NCBI GenBank assembly: GCA_016187745.1
Contig: JACPJC010000005.1
Coordinates: 64,001-128,000, forward strand
Source of the DNA: Candidatus Iainarchaeum sp.
GTDB lineage: Archaea > Iainarchaeota > Iainarchaeia > Iainarchaeales > JAXPJC01
DNA length: 64,000 nt
Direction of reading: 5' to 3'
Position 1 is the first letter of the stretch. The number at the start of each line of letters is the position of its first letter. This document shows positions 58,357 to 64,000 of the stretch, piece after piece. The notes under the pieces were generated by a model. That model had not been told where the DNA came from, ran no database searches, and saw only the letters and a list, made by a program, of their open reading frames with translations. The position numbers and the translations under genes were made by a program.

Positions 58357-59001
58357 ATGAGAGCCATGGAGCAATCAGAAATTTCAAAGCCGAAAAACAG
58401 GGCATTTCCAATTGCAATAATTGTTGCAATCCTGATAGCGCTGTTTTCAATTGCCATTTTCCTGCTTTTCTATTCCGGCCCCTACAAATACGGCCTTGAG
58501 CAGGAGGGCATTGAATTTTTCTCGAATTCCGCGGAGCCGGCGCAGATGCTGAAATCCCTGGGCTCAAGAAACTCCTTCATAATTTCCCCGGAATTTGAGG
58601 AGAAGGGGAGCGCGCTCCCATTTATGACAAGCGCACTTACAACATTTACAGGAATCCTTGTCGCAAATAAAAAGGAGGCAATTACCCTGCTGAGGATAAT
58701 TGATGCTTCCGGGGAGCTGCGCTACTGCTCAACAAATGATGGCAACAGGAACATTGCAAGGAACATAACTTCCGGGGAATGCGACAGCATGCTTTCAGGA
58801 AATCGCAGCGTAAAAATCCTCATAGAAAGCGCAAACCCCCTGCTCCCAAAACCAAGGGTAATTCTGGATGAGGATAAAATTACAATAGAGCCAAAGGGGC
58901 TTAGCGGCATGCAAAGGCTTTCCCTTCTTGTGCTGAAGGCCATGTATGCGAATTCCGAGGACATAATAAGGCAGATAAATGAGCGCCTCGGAGGGGCTTA
59001 G
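58357..59001 (+). CDS. Single-pass membrane protein, unknown function
   Basis: One N-terminal TM and a soluble C-domain with a Cys pair. Confidence 0.75.
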   Translation: MRAMEQSEISKPKNRAFPIAIIVAILIALFSIAIFLLFYSGPYKYGLEQEGIEFFSNSAEPAQMLKSLGSRNSFIISPEFEEKGSALPFMTSALTTFTGILVANKKEAITLLRIIDASGELRYCSTNDGNRNIARNITSGECDSMLSGNRSVKILIESANPLLPKPRVILDEDKITIEPKGLSGMQRLSLLVLKAMYANSEDIIRQINERLGGA

Positions 59002-59003
59002 CC

Positions 59004-60008
59004 ATGGTTTCATATCTCAAGCAATCCCTGCTGAGCATTATTGCCATTGCCGCAGTATTCGGATTGGTAGTAGGCCTAACCAACGCAGGGGCTGTTTTGA
59101 GTGTTATTGACCTGAAATTCTTCATATTGGCTTGCATTTTCTACATTATTTCCATAGGAATATGGCTTATTTCGTGGGCCTTCCTCATTAAAAAGCGCTC
59201 AAAGATACCCTACACAAAGCTGCTTGGCGTAGGGATAGCCGCGCTTTACGGCGCCCTAACCCCTGTGCAATTGGGGGCTGAAGCGCTTAGGAGCATAAGG
59301 CTCAAGGACTATTTTGCTGTTTCATATTCTGATTCGGTTTCCGCAAGCATGATTGCAAAGGGCATAAAGTTCTCAATACTTGCGATTGTTTTTGTGGTTG
59401 TGTTTTTCCTCTATCTCCTTAACACAAAGTTGGGGCTTCTCCTTACTGCGGGATTGTTTTCCGGCTTTGTCATTATTGTAATTGCGGCCTGCCTTTTCCT
59501 GATGCCATTGCAGAAAGGAATAGGCATGCGCATATCGAATTTCTTTTCGCGCATTTCAAAAACCTTCAGGCAGTTCGCCGCGCTGGGGAAGTTCTTTGCG
59601 GATTACTGCAATTACCTCCAGAAAATCAGGCCAAAATCATTTGCTGTTGTGTTTGCGCTTTCTTTTTTCTCCCTGTTTTTTGAATTCCTTGCCCTGCAGT
59701 TTTCCTTCATGTCCCTCGGGATTTACCTCCAGCTGCAGGCGGTTATTGTATTGATGATTTTTGTTTCAATCCTGGAAAGGACGCCAATACTTCCAAGGGG
59801 GATAGGCATTGTGGAAATATTCAGCTATGCATACCTCTCAGTGCACAGCCTTGTAAGCCCCTATATTACGCTTACTGCTGCTCAGATAGGCGCCGTTCTT
59901 ATTGTCTATGACATTGCAAGGCTTGTTGTTCCAACAATTGTGGGGATTGCAATGAGCTTCATCCTTTATGCGATGCACAGGAACGGGAAATTACACAAGG
60001 CCAAATAG
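59004..60008 (+). CDS. UPF0104/lysylphosphatidylglycerol-synthase-TM (flippase-like) protein
   Basis: LTPVQLGAE..R, P.GIGIVE, multiple TMs. Confidence 0.85.
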   Translation: MVSYLKQSLLSIIAIAAVFGLVVGLTNAGAVLSVIDLKFFILACIFYIISIGIWLISWAFLIKKRSKIPYTKLLGVGIAALYGALTPVQLGAEALRSIRLKDYFAVSYSDSVSASMIAKGIKFSILAIVFVVVFFLYLLNTKLGLLLTAGLFSGFVIIVIAACLFLMPLQKGIGMRISNFFSRISKTFRQFAALGKFFADYCNYLQKIRPKSFAVVFALSFFSLFFEFLALQFSFMSLGIYLQLQAVIVLMIFVSILERTPILPRGIGIVEIFSYAYLSVHSLVSPYITLTAAQIGAVLIVYDIARLVVPTIVGIAMSFILYAMHRNGKLHKAK

Positions 60009-60962
60009 CAGGAGCCAGAATGCCGCATTTAGCGCAACAATTGCCCATATTATTGCAACCAATTCCCATTCGCGCATCGGGCCGAAAATCCTTATCAGCA
60101 TCTTCGCAAAATCATACTGCACTTTCCCTTTCGCATATTCGGGAATTGCGATTTTCCCGTTTTCAAGGACCCTGTAGGGCAATTGCCTCATCTGCCCCGG
60201 ATCGCGCGCTTTCGAGAGAATTAATTTCAGAACAACGAATTCAAACATGTGCGGCAAAAAGAAAAGCAATGAAAATGCCATCAGCCCAATTTTCCCGTTC
60301 AGGATGAAAATTCCCGCAATTGCGCTTCCGATAATAAGCGTTCCTGAATTCCCCTCAAATACCTTCGCAGGGTATTTGTTCCATGCAAGGAAGCCTAGGA
60401 TTGCCGCAATCAGGACCGCATTAAGCCAAACGCCCCCAGGGCCTTCCTTTGCAACCATCAGCGCTGAAGCAGCAACAATTATTGCCGCGCTTCCCCCCTG
60501 CCAGCCGTTCAATCCCGCAAAGGTATTCTGGAATGATGCGATTCCCGCAATGTAAAGCGCAGCAAGCACAATCCACAAAACCCCAAAATTCCAGAAATAA
60601 ATTCCCGAAAACGCCAGGCAGACAACTGCGATTGCAACTGCCCTTTTCCTCCATGAAAGCGCCTTCTTGAGGAACTTGTGCTTCGTGTCATCAATTATGC
60701 CTATTGCGGCGAAAGCGCTCAGCAGCAATCCCCATGCGATGTAATTGAAATTTCCTGAGCCGAAAAACAGGAAAGCGATTGCAAACCATATTGCAGGGAG
60801 CATTGCAATCCCGCCCCCCTCGGAAAGCAATACTCTTCCCTTTTTCGCCCAGTCCAGGCCCACAAGCCCGCGCGCTTTGGCAAATTTGATCCAGAGCGCC
60901 TCGCATATTGCAGTAATTAAAAAAACAGCGATTGCAAGGATAGCAATTTCAAATGCGCCCAT
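59991..60962 (-). CDS. MraY/DPAGT1 (AglH-like) polyprenyl-phosphate HexNAc-1-P transferase
   Basis: GLDWAK...EGGG, IGIIDD, NTFAGLNG, WNKYPAKVF.G. Confidence 0.85.
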   Translation of the reverse strand: MGAFEIAILAIAVFLITAICEALWIKFAKARGLVGLDWAKKGRVLLSEGGGIAMLPAIWFAIAFLFFGSGNFNYIAWGLLLSAFAAIGIIDDTKHKFLKKALSWRKRAVAIAVVCLAFSGIYFWNFGVLWIVLAALYIAGIASFQNTFAGLNGWQGGSAAIIVAASALMVAKEGPGGVWLNAVLIAAILGFLAWNKYPAKVFEGNSGTLIIGSAIAGIFILNGKIGLMAFSLLFFLPHMFEFVVLKLILSKARDPGQMRQLPYRVLENGKIAIPEYAKGKVQYDFAKMLIRIFGPMREWELVAIIWAIVALNAAFWLLLFGLV

Positions 60963-60964
60963 AC

Positions 60965-62251
60965 TTATTTATTTTCCTGAACATCTTTTAATTGCTCGGG
61001 TTTCATCAACTCGCGCAGCACAGTTGTTGCGTAATTCCCCTTTTCCAGTGTGAATGAGATTTTCGCCTTGAGCGCGCCCTCGAAATACTCATCATATGCA
61101 ATTTCCTCAAGCTTCAAATCCTGCGGAAACAGCAGAATTGTTTTCCTCGCGCCCTTTGAGCTTATTTGCGGAAATGCCTTTATGTAGAAGTCTTCCGGCT
61201 TTATTCCTTCCTTGCCAAGCACTTCCCTCTCAATTTCCCCGACTTTCCCCTCAGAGAATTTTGATTCAAACCCGAAAAGCTGCGCGGTTGCAATTCCATC
61301 CTCAAGCACGTCCCCCTCTGCCGCCTGCAATCCCAATCCACTTTCAATCCGCTTATTTATGATTTGATTGAATAGATAGCTCTGATACGCATGCGTGAAC
61401 ATGTATGTAAGGGACTTCGGCAGGCGCGAAAAGGCCCCGACAAAATCCTTGGGGTATTTGCACAAATGATGGATTATTATCCTCTCATAGCGGTATTTCG
61501 GGGGGAACTCATTTATTGCCCTTGAAAAGTCCTTCGTATCCGCGAGATTCTTCCTCGCATTTTTAATGTCTTCCTCTTCCCTTTCATCAATTGCCGTCAG
61601 GTAGAGCATTACTGCATTTTCAGTATTTCCCATTATGAATTCCTTCCCCACGAGATGCGTAATTCCGCGGATTCCCCCGAAGCGCTGCTCCCCGAAATAA
61701 TTCGCAATTCCCCCTTTAATTTCCCCAAAGCACGCATTAATGCGCCTCTCCAGTTCCTCCTTTTCAAGCTGCAGATTGCGCACCATTATTGTGAATTTAT
61801 TCCCGATCAAATCCCCGATTTCAACCCTCTTATCGCTCCACTCCGCCTCCCTCAGGTCAATATAGCGCGAATCAAAAGCCTTCAGCAGCTCAACATCAGC
61901 CTTCCATATTGAAATGCGCTGGCAGGTTATTGCGCGCTTGTCCTTCATTCCCGCAAACCCAATCCTTTTCCTGCTCGTGTGCAGCGCCCTTGCAATTCTT
62001 CTCAGCGCATTTGCGGTATCAACATTGAATTTTTCCATCTTCACTATCAGCTGATTCTCCTTAGCCCTCTCATCCGCAAGAGGCGCCGGCCATTTCTTCT
62101 CAAGCGTTTTTTTCTCCGAATCAGTAAAAACCATGGCTTCGCAAATTTCATTTCCGGGCGCAACTTCCTCCACAATGAAATCCGCAATGCGTTTCCTCAG
62201 AACGCCGCCAATTCCCGGAGCGGAAGTCGAATAATGGTTTATTGCGCTCAA
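60965..62251 (-). CDS. truD: tRNA pseudouridine(13) synthase
   Basis: DFIVEE, AGMKDKRAITCQ, GNKF, NYFGEQRFG, HAYQSYLFN, G.YAT.VLRE. Confidence 0.96.
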   Translation of the reverse strand: MSAINHYSTSAPGIGGVLRKRIADFIVEEVAPGNEICEAMVFTDSEKKTLEKKWPAPLADERAKENQLIVKMEKFNVDTANALRRIARALHTSRKRIGFAGMKDKRAITCQRISIWKADVELLKAFDSRYIDLREAEWSDKRVEIGDLIGNKFTIMVRNLQLEKEELERRINACFGEIKGGIANYFGEQRFGGIRGITHLVGKEFIMGNTENAVMLYLTAIDEREEEDIKNARKNLADTKDFSRAINEFPPKYRYERIIIHHLCKYPKDFVGAFSRLPKSLTYMFTHAYQSYLFNQIINKRIESGLGLQAAEGDVLEDGIATAQLFGFESKFSEGKVGEIEREVLGKEGIKPEDFYIKAFPQISSKGARKTILLFPQDLKLEEIAYDEYFEGALKAKISFTLEKGNYATTVLRELMKPEQLKDVQENK

Positions 62252-62255
62252 AGGA

Positions 62256-62528
62256 TCACTTTTTTATTATTTTAGCAATCATACTAATTCTGGGGTTACC
62301 TTCATCATCAATAACTTTTCGGGCATAATAATTAACCCCTGTTCCAATAGCATAACCCAAAAATACTTCATCATTTGTTCCAAGAATTGTGCTTCTTTTG
62401 CGTGCAAGGGACAGCAGAATTGATTTTGGAACACCCTCTCCATACAAAAGATCCTCAGGATTAAGTTTTTTATATAACTTTCCGCCAATTTTTACACGCC
62501 TAGATCTTGGTGGCTTGTTTCCCGGCAT
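62256..62528 (-). CDS. Small basic hypothetical protein
   Basis: 90-aa AT-rich ORF tightly packed between aRF1 and truD. Confidence 0.6.
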   Translation of the reverse strand: MPGNKPPRSRRVKIGGKLYKKLNPEDLLYGEGVPKSILLSLARKRSTILGTNDEVFLGYAIGTGVNYYARKVIDDEGNPRISMIAKIIKK

Positions 62529-62533
62529 ATTCC

Positions 62534-63781
62534 CTACCTATATCTCAATATTGCTCCGAGCCCGCCGAAGGTTTTGTAGAACTGCTCCCCTTCCGCGGTT
62601 TCTGTTGAAATTAATTTCATTTCCGCATCAATCTTGTGCACCTTTTCCAGCAGCCAGTCTGCATAATCCACTTCCTCCATTATTTCAGCCTCGGCATTGC
62701 ATTTTGTGCATTTTGGGATTCCCCCCAAACCGAAGCGGTTTTTCACAAGGATTTCCTCGTTATTATTGCAGTGCCCGCAGAGCAGCCTGTAAACAACCCA
62801 GTCTATCGCCTCAGAAACCAGAAGGGTTTTTACCTTTCCCTCAGCAAGCGCAGTTTCCACTTCCTTCTGCCCGTAGGTCGCAAGCGCGCCCTTCACAACC
62901 TCCTGAAGGAAACTGTTAACAGCAAGCCTTTCCTTCATTACCTCTGTGCTTTTCAGTATTTCCTCGCTTTTCTGGAACAATTCCCTTATTCCGGACTCAT
63001 CAGTGTAGGAAGTGTCAAGTGTTCCTAGCACCATCCCCTTAAGCCTGTAATCAAGCAGGTCCTGCTCAAGAAAATAATTTTTTGTGGCGCCAGGCCCCCC
63101 GATAATTATGCCCTTCATTTTATTCCCGTATACAAGATAGATTGCGCCCATTTTTTCCGCAATGCGCTTGAAGAAGTCGTGCGTTGCCTCTTCCCTCAAT
63201 CTCTCATACCTGTGCGCCGAAAATCCCCCTGCCTTTACCTTTCCCGGAACCGCGGAAGTTATTCTTCCCAGAACCTCGTATTTCTTGCCCACAAGCGCAG
63301 CAAATGTCGCCTCCCTCTTGTCAAGGGTTGCCAATCCATAAATCTCCGAGGGCGCAGCCATTTCCTCAAGCGGATCCAGATGGAACTGCGAATCGCACCA
63401 GTACAATTTTACTTTCAGCCTCCTCAGCGGCCTTACAGTAAAGAGGGTTATGTCGCTCCTTCCCTCCTGCTCGGAAATATTCCCGCAAAAAACTACCAAC
63501 CCCCTCTCAGGCAGCTGGAAATTTATCCTTTTGAGGAAATTTGATATTTTCCTGAGCGCGCCCTGCACATTCTTGCGCGTTGTGGGGCTCTTTATGTTGG
63601 AGCTCTGCGAAGTTTCCTCGGTAAGCTGCCCCATAACCAGGCTTCTGTCAACATCCGGGGGCAAATAAAGTGAAATCAGCTCAGTCCCCTTTCCCTTGAA
63701 GGCCTTGAGCATCTTTAGTTTTTTCTTGAATACTGCTGCTTCAGCCTCGTCAATCTTCTCCAGTTCCTTCATGTTCATCAT
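62534..63781 (-). CDS. prf1: Peptide chain release factor aRF1 (GGQ motif reads GGF)
   Basis: GTELISLY, NIKS, YWCDSQF, VPGK..AGGFSAHRYERLRE, IGGPG.TK, FGGLGAILRY. Confidence 0.95.
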   Translation of the reverse strand: MMNMKELEKIDEAEAAVFKKKLKMLKAFKGKGTELISLYLPPDVDRSLVMGQLTEETSQSSNIKSPTTRKNVQGALRKISNFLKRINFQLPERGLVVFCGNISEQEGRSDITLFTVRPLRRLKVKLYWCDSQFHLDPLEEMAAPSEIYGLATLDKREATFAALVGKKYEVLGRITSAVPGKVKAGGFSAHRYERLREEATHDFFKRIAEKMGAIYLVYGNKMKGIIIGGPGATKNYFLEQDLLDYRLKGMVLGTLDTSYTDESGIRELFQKSEEILKSTEVMKERLAVNSFLQEVVKGALATYGQKEVETALAEGKVKTLLVSEAIDWVVYRLLCGHCNNNEEILVKNRFGLGGIPKCTKCNAEAEIMEEVDYADWLLEKVHKIDAEMKLISTETAEGEQFYKTFGGLGAILRYR

Positions 63782-63871
63782 TACTTCTTCTTGATTTTTA
63801 TAGTTTGGGTTTAGGTTATCTTTTTATATTACCTTTCCCATTAATTATCAGCAAAACAAAAGGCTGCAAAA

Positions 63872-64000
63872 ATGTTTGAGATGTTCCAGAATTACAATGA
63901 GCCGGCGCAACAGCAGCAGGGCGCAGGCTCCTCAAATCAGACCTTTGTGCTTTCAATTAGCGGCTCCTCAATTGTGCCTGACAGGATAAATACCGCGCTG
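63872..64000 (+). CDS. 5' part of a gene, probably UMP kinase (amino-acid kinase fold)
   Basis: MFEMFQNYNEPAQQQQGAGSSNQTFVLSISGSSIVPDRINTAL, open to the window end; resembles the archaeal PyrH N-terminal V.S.GGS..VP motif. Confidence 0.5.
   Translation, partial: MFEMFQNYNEPAQQQQGAGSSNQTFVLSISGSSIVPDRINTAL

Noticed and set aside
1-64000. Stop-codon reassignment as an explanation for the unusual aRF1
   Set aside because: Conserved genes end at expected lengths with TAA, TAG and TGA all in use, and no in-frame stops interrupt them

Overview
This is a gene-dense archaeal chromosome segment read with the standard code. It is most consistent with a DPANN-type archaeon; separate PriS and PriL genes suggest Iainarchaeota/Diapherotrites- or Micrarchaeota-like lineages (inference). 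Most of it is housekeeping: TopA, Cdc48, endonuclease IV, Cdc6/Orc1, YchF, RFC-L, PheS/T, Nob1, RNase Z, LonB, Csl4-RpoL, two tandem PCNAs, PriL, PriS-GINS-S27e-aIF2alpha-PAC2, EndoQ, an S-layer protein with glycosylation genes, TruD and aRF1. Interspersed are AT-richer accessory genes, toxin-antitoxin-like pairs and a six-gene pilin-like cluster. No tRNA, rRNA, CRISPR array or transposase was recognised. The most notable observations are: (1) an otherwise canonical aRF1 whose catalytic GGQ reads GGF; (2) an islet with two unannotated ~39-aa ORFs preceding a B12-dependent radical SAM enzyme (RiPP-like); (3) a ~85-nt structured ncRNA candidate with its own promoter and U-tract; (4) divergent tandem PCNA paralogs; (5) an endonuclease-methyltransferase in-frame fusion lacking the catalytic PPY motif; (6) dispersed orphans with basic N-termini. 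All family assignments come from motif recognition by eye, not database searches.
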